A stretch of 64,000 nt of DNA from a virus: IMG/VR virus record IMGVR_UViG_3300034095_000847; one strand, 5' to 3'. Of the stretch, positions 36,802 to 48,684 are shown piece by piece. The stretch's first letter is position 1, and each line of letters opens with the position of its first letter. Position numbers and translations under genes: made by a program. A model generated the notes under the pieces. It worked only from the letters and a program-made list of their open reading frames with translations, was not told where the DNA came from and did not search any database.

Positions 36802-37590
36802 ATGAAAATTGCTTATTGTTCTGATCTTCATTTAGAAATTAGAACCCTTGAAATTAACAATACAGAAGATGCTAAAGTGTTAGTATTGGCGGGTGATATC
36901 TGTACTGTTACAGACTTAGATCCATTAAACGATATTGGATACTTTAGAAGCCAGCGAATTCATAACTTCTTTAAAGATTGCTGTGATAAGTTCGAAAAAG
37001 TTATCTATATTATGGGTAACCACGAACATTATCACCATCAGTTCTACGATACAATAGGTAGATTAAAGACAAATCTAGGTTATCTACCTAATCTGCATAT
37101 CCTCGATAGAGAAGCAATTACTATCGATGGAACTACCTTTATCTGTGGAACTCTTTGGTCTGATATGAATAACGAAGACCCTGCTACTAAAGGATTTATG
37201 CTTATACGGATGAATGACTTTAGAATTATTAAGAATGGAATGGTACGATTTAGTCCAAATGATGCTATAGTTGAACATCAGAGAATGGTTAAGTTTATTG
37301 ATGATATAGTAGGTGAAGGAGATTATGTTGTAGTTAGTCATCATTCACCTAGTTTTAGAAGTGTTTCAAAGGAATTTGAGAAAGACAAATTAATGAATGG
37401 TGGATTTCATTCTAACCTTGATGAGTTTATTACCAATAGACCTCAGATTAAATTGTTTATTCACGGACATACACATTCTGCTCACGACTATATGATTGGT
37501 GAAACTAGAGTTGTTTGTAATCCAAGAGGATATGCTGGTTATGAAGCAATTGCTGATACTTTTGAAATAAAATATATTAATTTAATATAA
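36802..37590 (+). CDS. Calcineurin-like metallophosphoesterase
   Basis: SDLH, LAGDI, GNHE, HHSP, HGHTH, NPRGY. Confidence 0.9.
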   Translation: MKIAYCSDLHLEIRTLEINNTEDAKVLVLAGDICTVTDLDPLNDIGYFRSQRIHNFFKDCCDKFEKVIYIMGNHEHYHHQFYDTIGRLKTNLGYLPNLHILDREAITIDGTTFICGTLWSDMNNEDPATKGFMLIRMNDFRIIKNGMVRFSPNDAIVEHQRMVKFIDDIVGEGDYVVVSHHSPSFRSVSKEFEKDKLMNGGFHSNLDEFITNRPQIKLFIHGHTHSAHDYMIGETRVVCNPRGYAGYEAIADTFEIKYINLI

Positions 37591-37656
37591 ACGTTTACAT
37601 TCCCTGAAAACGTGTTATAATAGACCCATAAACTAATTATTGAGGAAAGTGAAATG
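37588..37656 (+). promoter_or_regulatory. PeSL-like early promoter cassette
   Basis: Consensus match. Confidence 0.8.
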
Positions 37657-39545
37657 AAAGTAACAATAGATTTGAATGATTTGAAGAAATTTATAAAGAC
37701 TTTAGATTCAGACAGTGATGAATGGTATGGCCCAATCAATTATATGACAGGTAGTTGCATTAATGACTTTCTTGAATGGAAAGGTGAGAAAGAAATGGTT
37801 GAAGAATTTAATCAGTTTTTACAAAAAGAATTGTCGAGTTATTAAGATGAGAATGACAACTTGGCGTAAAGAAATAACAACAGTGATGATATCAAATGAA
37901 GATAAGGATATCACTAACTATGTAACTACATTAACCGAAGAAGAACTAGATGTTGAGTTTGATGCTGGTTATGGTGGGACTAGAGGATTACCATTCACTC
38001 TTTGGACTACTTGGTTCGTTTACTTCCCGATTGAATATGATGGTGCAGAGTGGGCAGGGTCAGTAGATAGGAATCCTACACAGAATCCAACATATCATCA
38101 AGGTGGTTAAGCAAATGAGTAGTTTAAAAATGACACCAATAGCTGTTTCTATACATAGAGAAAATGAACATCCCCTATTTGGAGAAGGAGTTATCCATCT
38201 TAAATTAGAAGATGAGGCAGGTGGGTTCTTTTTCACGGTTAGTCAGGAAGAGTGTTCTATGAGGATTGACTACGATGAAATTAAGCAATTGGTAATTGCA
38301 GCTAAGTTTCTATTAGATGGTGCGAGTGGACTGGGTCAGGAGATATTGAATCATACACAGGGTGGTTAGTATGCCAGTAACTGATTTGCAATTAATTATT
38401 TTTATAGTTACCAGTGTATTGTCTGGTGGGTTAATATTGGCTACAATGTATAAGATGTTCAAATGTATTTTTGATAAATTTAATGAACTGAGAAAAAGAT
38501 TATGAGTGTTGAAAATATAGTATGTGGTTCTTTAGTGTTTATATCTATTATTCTGTTTTTGTGTTGAGGAACTATTGTGAGTAAAGAAAGAGAGTTACTT
38601 ATAGGGGCAGTGGAATGGATGCAAGAATTAAAATATGTGTATGCAGATGCAAGAGACTCGGGAGACAGGTTTTTATTAGAGTTAATAGCAGATATTAATA
38701 AGATTGAAAACCTACTCGCCCAACCTAAGCAAGAGCCAAGTGATACAGAAATAATCATAGCATACCAAATGCTTGTGAGAAGGAAATTAGGTTTGCAGGA
38801 AAAGAATGAAGTCTTACAATTAGGTGAACCCGAATTCAAAGTTTGTGAGAATAAAATTGATAGTAGTTGTCCATTACACAATTTGCAATGTCAGTATCCA
38901 GAGTGTGAGGAATAATATGAGAATTTATTTTGGAAGAAAACCAGAAGGAGATGAAATTCAAAAATTGGACAAAAAATTTGAATTTTATTTAATTGAAAAT
39001 GATTATAATGTTGAGAAAACTGTTGACTTTATGACATCATATTTAGTAAACAATTGGGACGAAGATGATTTTAAAGATGTTGTGTGTCATAGCATTAATC
39101 CATTATTAATCAATTATTTTACCGATGATTTTGCTAAAGAATATTTATGGATAATTGATGAAGAAGGTAATCATATCAAAATGGGTGATGATGAATCTAT
39201 GTTAAAAAAATTAACAGTGCTTGGTCCAGGTGAAGTGGTGTGTGATGATTATAGGTCGCTCAAATGAGTGGCGGATTTTTCAACCATCTTCAATATAACC
39301 TAGACCAAATCTCAGCAGATATTGAAGATGAAATCTATTATAATGATTCAGAAGAAGTTAATGAATATAATGATAAAAGAGGTAATGGATTCAGCGAAGA
39401 TACTATGCAAGAATTCAAATTAGCTGTATGGTATTTGAAACAAGCACTGGTTTATACCCAAAGAATAGATTGGTTACTTTCTGGGGACGACGGAGAGGAA
39501 ACATTCCATGAAAGATTGAAAAAAGATTTGGAAAAACTAAAATAA
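37654..39545 (+). other. Run of small early hypothetical ORFs (37654-37845, 37847-38110, 38115-38369, 38577-38915, 38917-39267, 39264-39545)
   Basis: Packed + strand ORFs. Confidence 0.6.
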
Positions 39546-39614
39546 AACGTTTACATTTCTAGAAAACAGTGTATAATAGACTCATAAATTAAATTATTGA
39601 GGAATTATATTATG
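39541..39614 (+). promoter_or_regulatory. PeSL-like early promoter cassette
   Basis: Consensus match; SD half repeated at 39712-39730. Confidence 0.85.
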
Positions 39615-40115
39615 AATGCAGTTGAATGGTTTTATACGATTATGTCAATGGGGTTTGGGTGGGCTATTTTAAGTTTCCCCTATTTGGTTGAGAAGTTTTG
39701 TAAATTATTTAAATGAGGAATTATATTATGAAGAATGAATTTGAAATAAACTTTGACCAATGGAATATCCTTTGGAAAAAACACGAAAATAGATATGACT
39801 TCTTTGTCGCTAGTTCTCCTGAGATAGCATGTAATATGGCTCGTTGGAAATATGGCGATTGTATTGATATAAAATCAGTGGAGATATTTGAATGACTACT
39901 GTAGCAGAACTTATCACCTATCTCCAAACACTACCTCCAGAAACTACAGTTGATGTTCTCTCTGAAGAATCATCAGGATACAGTAGTTATTGTACCTGGG
40001 TTGACCTAGAACTTCCAACTGAAGAGATATTTGGTTCCTATCAAGGAACTGATTCAATGGAATTTTACTCAGGTACAGATAATGTTGGACCTTTCCTAAG
40101 ACTTGGGAGTGATTA

Positions 40116-40346
40116 ATGAACAATAGATTATTAGAACTTGCCCAAGAAGCAGAACAATCAGCTAATCTAGGGAATGCCATAGATGTTAAGTTAATGATGC
40201 AGAATTATGCTGAATTGATTGTGAAGGAACTTCTCAATATAGCGGATGAAGTCAGTTCCTTTAGCGATAGCCCAGAATGGTTAATATGCGAAAGATTGGG
40301 TATCAACCATGACTGGCGAAGACAACTAGATAATTTTTGGAGTTGA
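40116..40346 (+). CDS. Paralogous family ORF (AELIV type)
   Basis: 3' part nearly identical to 46327-46533. Confidence 0.7.
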   Translation: MNNRLLELAQEAEQSANLGNAIDVKLMMQNYAELIVKELLNIADEVSSFSDSPEWLICERLGINHDWRRQLDNFWS

Positions 40347-40565
40347 ATGATGAACGAGAAAATTAGAAAGTTTGCGGTAATGAGTTTTGATATTGAACTT
40401 GATAGACGTAACTTTGAAGAATTTTCCACAGATGTTTATGGTGTTGAAAAGTTTGCTCAATTAGTTATCAAAGAATGTGTTGATACAATTATGAATGATA
40501 CCGATAGGCATAGAAAAGAATACTTTGCTGGACTTTTGAAAGAACATTTTGGAATAGAAGAATGA
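40347..40565 (+). CDS. Paralogous family ORF (EKFAQLVIKEC...KEHFGIEE)
   Basis: Shared anchors with 45260 and 46327. Confidence 0.7.
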   Translation: MMNEKIRKFAVMSFDIELDRRNFEEFSTDVYGVEKFAQLVIKECVDTIMNDTDRHRKEYFAGLLKEHFGIEE

Positions 40566-40857
40566 ATATCTATGAAGCCAGATGGAACAATGTCCTAAAA
40601 TGGGCAAAGAAAGTGAAGGAACACTACGACACTGGCAAGTATATGATTAAATGGGATTGGGATTATTATCCTAATGAATTTGACTTTGTTATTGATGAAG
40701 TGAACCGAATAATTTCAATTGATTCAAAAGATAGAACAACTCTAAATCAGATTTATGAATATGCTTTAGAATGGGATCATGGTTCATATACTTCTATTGC
40801 TGAAACAAACAAAATGCTTGCAGATATTAATTTATTTATGATGGTTAAGGTAAAATT

Positions 40858-41037
40858 ATGAATAAAACTTATACAACTGAAGTCTATGAGTTTGGACCTG
40901 ATAATGATTTGATAATTAAACTTCCTGAAGAACTATTAGAAGAATTGAAATGGTTTGACGGTGATAAGATAACTTGGATAGACAATAACGATGGTTCATT
41001 CTCACTGAGGAAAGCAGATGATTTACTTAGATTATAA
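40858..41037 (+). CDS. AbrB/MazE-like swapped-hairpin DNA-binding protein (59 aa, not in track)
   Basis: LIIKLPEELLEELKWFDGDKITW...GSFSLRK. Confidence 0.7.
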   Translation: MNKTYTTEVYEFGPDNDLIIKLPEELLEELKWFDGDKITWIDNNDGSFSLRKADDLLRL

Positions 41038-41186
41038 GTGGGAATTATTTTCCTTTGGCATTATTCTTGATGAAGAACTTAATACTGATGAAATTGGATG
41101 GAAAGAAGGCGATTGTTTTAGATTAGAAAAAGTTAAAGGTGTATCAAAGTTAGTTAAATTTAATACCAATATTATAAGGATAGATA

Positions 41187-41266
41187 ATGAAATATAGAAA
41201 GAAACCAGTAGTAATTGAAGCGTTTCAAATTACAGAAGTAAAATGACCTATGAGGCAGTAGAATGA
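41187..41266 (+). pseudogene. Internally deleted remnant of an MKYRKKPVVIEA-family phage gene
   Basis: MKYRKKPVVIEAFQ start followed out of frame by the family-type end TYEAVE*. Confidence 0.55.
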
Positions 41267-42058
41267 GTGATATAACAAAAAAAGATGGTCCAACAGGTGC
41301 ACCATATCCTGGTGAAGTAAATTATTGGTATGACAAGACTGAGGATATGAAAATGAATGAACAAGCAATAGGTATACAGAATCCAGGTTCTGAAACACAA
41401 TTAGTATTAGTAGAATGTATCCATCAATACCGTATGAGATATGTGGTTGAAGTTCCTGTAGGTAAATCAGATTGGGCACTTGATACAGTTTGTATGGATG
41501 AAGCCAAAGAGTTTTCTCAATTATCTCTTGGTGAAACTATTGTATCTCATAGAGTTATAAGTAAAGACGAAGTCCTAAAGTTATGTGATATTGATAATGA
41601 TTATTGCCATTCTTGGACTGATGAAGCGAAACTAGATGCATTTGTAACACCAATGGAGGAATAGAATGCAAAGATATAATCAAAGATTTAGTGGTGCGTT
41701 CGCACAACTGATTAAGTCTAATACTGGGAAATGGGTTAAACACGCAGAGTTTGAAGATATACTAAAAAGTAATGAAGACGCATTATTTGATGTTATCAAA
41801 GAACGTAATGCAGATATTGAAATGCATAAACAGTGTATTGAAGAACTTAATGTGTTAATTAGTAAAGTTAATAGATGGAGAGAGGAAGACCTTAAAGAAC
41901 ATCAAAGTGAATCTATGCAAAATTTTGAAGAACTTCAACGTCTAGGTGATGATTTGGAATATCTTAAAAATTGGAATACCAAACTGTTTTCGTTATTGGT
42001 AATTTCAACCGTTTTAAATTTTATTATGTTTGGTATTGCCGCGTTATATGTCGGGTAA
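41263..42058 (+). other. Two hypothetical ORFs (41263-41664; 41666-42058 coiled coil with C-terminal TM)
   Basis: ORF track. Confidence 0.6.
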
Positions 42059-42082
42059 CATTTGAAAATAATTTTTATTAGT

Positions 42083-42160
42083 GAAAATAAACGTTTACAT
42101 TACCTAAAACTATGATATAATAGACTCATAAACTAAATAAATGAGGAATATTATATTATG
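42083..42160 (+). promoter_or_regulatory. PeSL-like early promoter cassette
   Basis: Consensus match; followed by several tiny membrane ORFs up to 43007. Confidence 0.85.
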
Positions 42161-43050
42161 AAACAAACAATTCAAATGATAACGATGGCAATTACTACCG
42201 GTTTATTGTATATGGCTGCTAGTCTTGTTTTTAATATTTGAGGATATAAAAATGAAAGGTTTAATACGTTTAGTTGTTGGTGCATTAATGATTATAGGTT
42301 CCTTATTATATGTAGAGGTTAATCAATTCGATCCAGGTATTCAACCAGCAATATGGTTGGTGATTGGACTAACAATGTTTTATTTTGGTATAACCGCCGG
42401 TAAGGAAAATAATTAATGTACCTATTACTAATTGTAATGTTTACAGGGCAAATAGTAGTATATGAATATCCAACTGCATCAGATTGCGAAGTTGGATTGA
42501 TTCAGAAAACAGATGTAGGTAATTATAAAAAGATTAAAAGGGCAATTTGTGTTAATACAGAAGAAGAGGTAGAATGAAGACTTTTATAGTTTATACTATG
42601 GATTTTATTTTGATGTTTTTAATAGTTAGTTCATTGTTTATTTTAATTATAACGGGTGAATTAGTTATTTCGTGTATAATGGCTATTGTATTTGTGATAG
42701 TTGCTAATAACTATATTGTATATAGAAGAATATATTTAACTGGTACGTGTTAGGAGATATAATGCAAGATAAAGTAGAGTTTTTAAAGTGGATATTTAAG
42801 AATATTAATTATTTTTATATAGCATTGTTTTTCCATTTAGTTATATGTTTTTCATTTGTGTTTTTACCAAAGCCATTTGATAAAGTTGCTGCGGTTTATA
42901 TACTAATTACACTTTCAATATCGGCAATTTATTATTTAATAATATTGCCATTAACCTGGGCTTATGCGAAGTTTAAACTTGAAAAAAAAAGATTGAATCT
43001 GAGTTAATAAAAGTTCCATTGGTATTTTCTATGAAGGATCGGTATAAATT

Positions 43051-43554
43051 ATGATTAAAGCCATATATGTAGATATGGATGGTGTACTTGCAGATTTTAA
43101 GAAGAGATTTATAGAACGGTTCAAGGAAGAACCTGAACTAGATTATCCATCTAAAAATAAAGAGAAGAGTGCATATAAAGGAAGATTTGCTACTATGGTT
43201 GATGAACTACAATTTGCTATTCTTGATCCTATGCCTGATCTGGAAGAAGGTTTGCAGTTTTTAACTAGTATTGAGTTTGATTATGATATAAAGTTACTAA
43301 CATCAACTGCTAGAATTGAACTTAAGCAAACTATATCAAGTCAAAAAGAACAATGGTTAAAAGATTATGATATTAAATATCCTGCTATATATGTACCTGG
43401 AAAGATATTAAAGCAAACTTATGCTAGACCTTATAGACTATTGATTGATGATACACTTTCTAACGTAGATCAATGGCGAGCTAAGGGAGGTAAAGCAATA
43501 CTCCATACATCTTGGAGGCAAACAATAGAGGAGTTTGATTACTATTATGCATGA
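43051..43554 (+). CDS. HAD 5'(3')-deoxyribonucleotidase
   Basis: YVDMDGVLADF, LTS, K..W, LIDD...N...W...GG..I.H. Confidence 0.85.
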   Translation: MIKAIYVDMDGVLADFKKRFIERFKEEPELDYPSKNKEKSAYKGRFATMVDELQFAILDPMPDLEEGLQFLTSIEFDYDIKLLTSTARIELKQTISSQKEQWLKDYDIKYPAIYVPGKILKQTYARPYRLLIDDTLSNVDQWRAKGGKAILHTSWRQTIEEFDYYYA

Positions 43555-44040
43555 AATGACAACTGAAGAAAAGAAAGTTTATACTGATTTACTAAAACAA
43601 ATCTCTTTGAAAATAGATTCCAATAGCACCAGTTATCATATAGCAAGATTAAAGGATTTTGTTGAAGTCGTTAATCTTAGGATTGAAGGTGCAAATTATG
43701 AATATGATTATTAAGTTTTTCTTAGAACGAATCTTTATAGTAGTATTTGGTATTGCAATAATAATAGTTGGATTTATTAGTCCAAGATACGCATTAGTAA
43801 ATCTATGGACTACTTTCCAAAGAGTTAACATAGAGACAAATAAGAAATGAATAGATACTATGACCTTAGAAGAAGCAAATAAGCGATATATTGAATTGTC
43901 GATAAAATATCACGATTGTATACCATTTCACCCAGATGAAGATATTGAATGGCAAGAAGTTTGTAAAATTGTATTTGATGATTTACGGATAAGCAATCCA
44001 GATATGTTTATTGATATAAAGAAATGCAATAGGAAATTAG

Positions 44041-44262
44041 GTGATTAAAACCTGTTTGGATTGCAAATGTCAATTCAATACAAATGAAGCATGGAAGACA
44101 ATCTGTCTTACCTGTTATAAGAAGTCAAAGGGATATAAACCTCCTACCAACAATATAGATGATGATATGTTAAAACGTATTATCTATCTCTGTCATCCTG
44201 ATAAACATGATCAAAGCGAAGTTTCCATAATTGTGACAAAATATTTACAAAAATTGAAATAA
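44041..44262 (+). CDS. Zinc-finger protein with J-domain-like HPD motif
   Basis: CLDC...CLTC then LCHPDKH. Confidence 0.55.
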   Translation: MIKTCLDCKCQFNTNEAWKTICLTCYKKSKGYKPPTNNIDDDMLKRIIYLCHPDKHDQSEVSIIVTKYLQKLK

Positions 44263-44326
44263 AACGTTTACATTCTCAGAAAACATGATATAATAGACTC
44301 ATAAATTAAATTATGAGGTTGTTATG
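44257..44326 (+). promoter_or_regulatory. PeSL-like early promoter cassette
   Basis: Consensus match. Confidence 0.85.
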
Positions 44327-45259
44327 TATATACTTGAAATGATGAAAAAAGATGTTAATTCAGTAGTTGGTTTAACTGTTACGCTTAATTTTAATGTAGT
44401 TCCAGTAGTATCTCATACTGGTGTTGTAAAGTTTGCTGAACGTAGAGATTATAGCTGGACAGTTGATGATGTAAAAACTGATATTCCAAGATATCTTGTT
44501 TCATTTGATGGAACTCATTATTTTACTGTTGATAGATTTGTAACTGGATATGAATTATGAAATCATTTACTCCCGCTGAAAAATCCCTAATGACAGAACT
44601 TGGTAGTTCTACTAAAGAAGAAATGGATTCGTTCTATGAAGGTTGGGAAGAATCAAGTTTTGAATGTCGTGCCAATGGTATCCCTGCCTTATCTTTTGAT
44701 AAGTATCTTGAGCAAAAGATAATTTGGAATGAACTTTTTGATAAGTTGATTTTCTTGAATCTAAACTTAGTGAGTGTGTGATATGATTGAACCATTAGAT
44801 TTTACCAAATACGAAGTTCCAGAATTCCCTCATAGTTTACACTACTATAAAGACAATTATGAGGCTGCCATAGTTTTGGATCAGTTAAATGATTTTATTA
44901 CTGATGAATTTAGAGCTGACCTTGAAGATTACTTGATTAATTACTTAGCAATAGAGTTGGGTGCAGAGTCTATTCATCTCTCTAAGATTAGGAAGTTGAT
45001 TGAGATTTCAATGGAGAATGGAATAGAATATGATGAAGCTGTGAACTTTTGTGTTAGAATGTTACCTTTGTTACAGGCAGATAAATTATGATCCTTAAAT
45101 CCTATTCATTATCCCTTCCTGAACCTTCTGAATGGAAGTGTTATTTGTTCGGTAGTAAATCTAGTCAAGGTATGGTTTTTGTGCCAAGAAAAGGTCAAGA
45201 ACCTAACTGGTTTTGGAGAAAGATGCAGTTTTTAATTTTGGGAAATAAGTGGGTGAAGA

Positions 45260-45550
45260 ATGAACGATAAATTCTTGGAAATATTATCTAAATCTTCTGG
45301 ACGAACTATCACTAGACCATACGATGGCTCACTCCTTATCAAATTAGATTTATCAGAATTGGAAAAGTTTGCTGAATTGATTGTTCGGGAATGTTTGTCA
45401 TTAAGCAGTGACCTTTATCCTTTTGAGGCAATGGATGCTGCAGGTGTTGGGGCAAAATCGCAATATGGTTCAGCAGCATTACTTAGAGTCTACGAAAACA
45501 CTAATGACCAATACTATGATGCTATTAAGAAACATTTTGGAGTAGAATAA
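45260..45550 (+). CDS. Paralogous family ORF (EKFAELIVREC...KKHFGVE)
   Basis: Shared anchors. Confidence 0.7.
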   Translation: MNDKFLEILSKSSGRTITRPYDGSLLIKLDLSELEKFAELIVRECLSLSSDLYPFEAMDAAGVGAKSQYGSAALLRVYENTNDQYYDAIKKHFGVE

Positions 45551-46326
45551 TGAGTGGTTTTGGAAGTGTTGATAGATTTACAGATAAAAAAGGTGGTCCG
45601 CAATGCACTGGATTATTTGAAAAACCAGTAGATCCGTATGCTCAATATCACAATGATCCAACGAAACGTGAAGAACCTCGTAAATCGTATGAAGAACAAA
45701 AGACCGATGAACTAGAACTTAAGGGATTTGTTTGGTTGTTGAAACAATTATATGTTGGTCGTGTTGTAGAATACCATAGACCACATTACCCAAATAACAT
45801 CTTGTATGTGCACGTAGTTAGATTTAAGGAAGCGTGTGGATGGACATTAGGAACAGGAATTGTAGTGAATAATATGGGTAGAGAACATACAATATCATTA
45901 GAGGAAATACGACTGTGAGTAATTGTGTGAACGATAGAGAAGAACTACAAGCACTTGTCAAGGATTTCTTTGAAAAGTTCCTTGATACTTGGGAAGAATC
46001 TGATTCAGGTAGAGAATTCCATCCTATCACCATCAGTTGTTGTAGATGTATGAAAGTTGAACCTTTGGGTATTCTCCTAGAAAGAATGAGGGAACTATCA
46101 GGCGCAAAACCTGCATATGAAATAGGAGTAGAAGAATGAAAGGTTCAGTAGAAAGAAACATAGTCGCTAATTTAGGAAGACGTTACAGATGGGCATTAGA
46201 TGAATATTTCTTAGTTTTATATAATGAAAAATCTCCCTCACTTCTAATTTCCTTGGCGAATTGTAAAGCCATCGAAAGATGGAATGCATTTGAAACAAGT
46301 AGAAAAATATTGAAAGGGGGTGAAGA

Positions 46327-46533
46327 ATGAACGATAAATTATTAGAATTTGCTATACAATCTGGTGTTGTTGAATCTAATGTTGATTGGGAAAAGTTTGC
46401 TGAATTGATTGCGAAGGAAATTCTCAATATATCGGATGAAGTCATTACCCTTAGCGATAGCCCAGAATGGTTGATATGTGAAAGATTGGGCATCAACCAT
46501 GACTGGCGAAGACAAGATAATTTTTGGAGTTGA
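46327..46533 (+). CDS. Paralogous family ORF
   Basis: EKFAELIAKE; 3' duplicate of 40116. Confidence 0.7.
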   Translation: MNDKLLEFAIQSGVVESNVDWEKFAELIAKEILNISDEVITLSDSPEWLICERLGINHDWRRQDNFWS

Positions 46534-46536
46534 AGA

Positions 46537-47175
46537 ATGAAAATAGTAATCGGTAACTACAGGAATCATTGGCTGTCTCCCTACATAATCCTAGAGAAGT
46601 TTTTCTATTGGAGAAAGGACTATGATGTCTACAAGAAAGAGCCACCAAAATGGTTGCAAACTTTATGTGAATGGAACCAAAAGTTTCTAGATACAGTTCA
46701 TCCAAGAATTGAATATATAAAGATAGATCCTTGGGATACTTGGAGTATGGATCATACACTTGCTCCAATCATTCTCCCGATGCTAAAGGAATTACAGAAA
46801 TCTAAACACGGTTCTCCTTGTGTGTCTGATGAAGACGTTCCAGATTATCTTAAGTCAATGAATGCACCAAGATGTGAGAATGAATGGGATACTGATGATA
46901 ACTTCTTCAAACGCTGGGACTGGATATTACAAGAAGAAATATTTGCATTTGAATCTAAAATCGAAAATGATTGGATGGATCAGTTCAAGTCTGGTGTATC
47001 TGATGTCATTTGGGTAGAATCGGATGAAATGTATGAGGGCGATACTTGTATGGAAATGAAACACGGTCCCAGTCATACTCAAAAATATGACTGGGATGGA
47101 ATCAATGCATACGAAGCAAGAATTCAAAATGGATTTAGACTATTTGGGAAATATTATTCTTCACATTGGAGCTGA
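46537..47175 (+). CDS. Conserved phage hypothetical protein
   Basis: IDPWDTWSMDHTLA.II.PMLK.L...KHG.P...GFRLFGKYY. Confidence 0.75.
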   Translation: MKIVIGNYRNHWLSPYIILEKFFYWRKDYDVYKKEPPKWLQTLCEWNQKFLDTVHPRIEYIKIDPWDTWSMDHTLAPIILPMLKELQKSKHGSPCVSDEDVPDYLKSMNAPRCENEWDTDDNFFKRWDWILQEEIFAFESKIENDWMDQFKSGVSDVIWVESDEMYEGDTCMEMKHGPSHTQKYDWDGINAYEARIQNGFRLFGKYYSSHWS

Positions 47176-47752
47176 TATGAAATTTACAATATTGATGTTG
47201 ATAACTTGTCTTGTTGGTATAACCTTATGGTGTATCTTGGGATACACATTAGAAAAATATGGTGTATCTAATATGTGGTTTATGGTGGCAGGATTTTGGT
47301 TCTATCCTGTATACGACTTTATCTACAAAACTATTATGTGGCACACATGAATATGATAAATTATAGAGTAATTAGTGCTATGGCTGTAACTGGTGAAAAA
47401 TTTAGAGCAGAATATATAGATATGCATAGATTTAACAATTGGAAAGATATTTCAGATACAGACTGGTTTGTTTGGCATGATAGTATGGAAGATGCCAAAC
47501 AAGCAATAGTCAACCATAAAAGACAGTTGGAATATGTTCCAACAATAACTTATATAGATTAACGTATGAAAAAATTAAATCTGTTTATATTAAGAGTAGT
47601 TGTATGGGTGGCTTCAGTTGCCCTTTTTGTTATTGTTATTAGAGTTATCGAGGATATGCAATGAGGTTAGCATTAATCCTTTCAGTTTCACTGGTACTTT
47701 CAGTTGTTCTGGCTGTTGCAGTAATCGTAGAAACTGCTCTAACACAATTCTA

Positions 47753-48502
47753 ATGAAATCCAATTATAAATCCATCTTTATATCAGATGTTCATTTAGGA
47801 ACCAGAGATTGTAAAGCATCAGAACTGCATAATTTCCTTAAACATAATAAATGTGAAACACTTTATCTGGTTGGTGATATAATTGATGGGTGGCGTATAC
47901 AACAAAATAAATGGATGTGGAATCAAACACATTCTAATGTTGTTCAGAAGATACTTAAATTATCAAAAAGAAAAACAAAAGTAATCTATGTTGCTGGTAA
48001 TCACGATGAATTTCTAAGACCTCTTATGCCTTATGGTATTGGGTTTGGTGATATAGAAATTGTCAATCAAATTGAACATATTGGTGTAGACGGTAAAAGA
48101 TACCTAGTCATTCACGGTGATATATTTGATGGGATATCTACATTAGCACCTTGGTTAGGTTATGTTGGTGATAAAGGATATGATCTTATTCTTAACATAA
48201 ATAACAAGTTCAATTGGGTAAGACATAAGATGGGATTTGGATATTGGTCTCTTAGTGCTTATCTGAAACATAAAGTTAAATCAGCAGTAGATTTTATATT
48301 TGAATTTGAAATTAATCTAATAAATTATTGTAAGAAACGTGGATTTGATGGAATCATTTGTGGGCACATACATCACGCAGAAATAAAAGAGGTAGATGGA
48401 TTGATCTATATGAATGATGGGGATTGGGTAGAAAGTATGACTGCTTTGGTAGAACATCTAGATGGTACTTGGGAAATAATCACTTGGGACAAAATAATAT
48501 AG
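47753..48502 (+). CDS. UDP-2,3-diacylglucosamine hydrolase-like metallophosphoesterase (LpxH-like)
   Basis: FISDVHLG, LVGDIIDGW, GNHD, HGD.FD, CGHIH, NDGDWVES. Confidence 0.85.
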   Translation: MKSNYKSIFISDVHLGTRDCKASELHNFLKHNKCETLYLVGDIIDGWRIQQNKWMWNQTHSNVVQKILKLSKRKTKVIYVAGNHDEFLRPLMPYGIGFGDIEIVNQIEHIGVDGKRYLVIHGDIFDGISTLAPWLGYVGDKGYDLILNINNKFNWVRHKMGFGYWSLSAYLKHKVKSAVDFIFEFEINLINYCKKRGFDGIICGHIHHAEIKEVDGLIYMNDGDWVESMTALVEHLDGTWEIITWDKII

Positions 48503-48684
48503 GATTAATTTATGTATATTTTAGTAGCATTACAAGCAGTAGCAGCATTGGGTACTAGTCTTTTTTGGCAACCAATCGGTGAATTTACTTCACCAGAATT
48601 ATGCAAAGTTGCGGTAGAACAATTACAAAAATCAAAAGAACATAGAGATGGGGAGTTGTATGTCTGCTTGAAGAAAAGCAACTT

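Noticed and set aside
38094-38369. Two adjacent ORFs both ending in QGG*
   Set aside because: The match is too short to distinguish a recombination scar from chance
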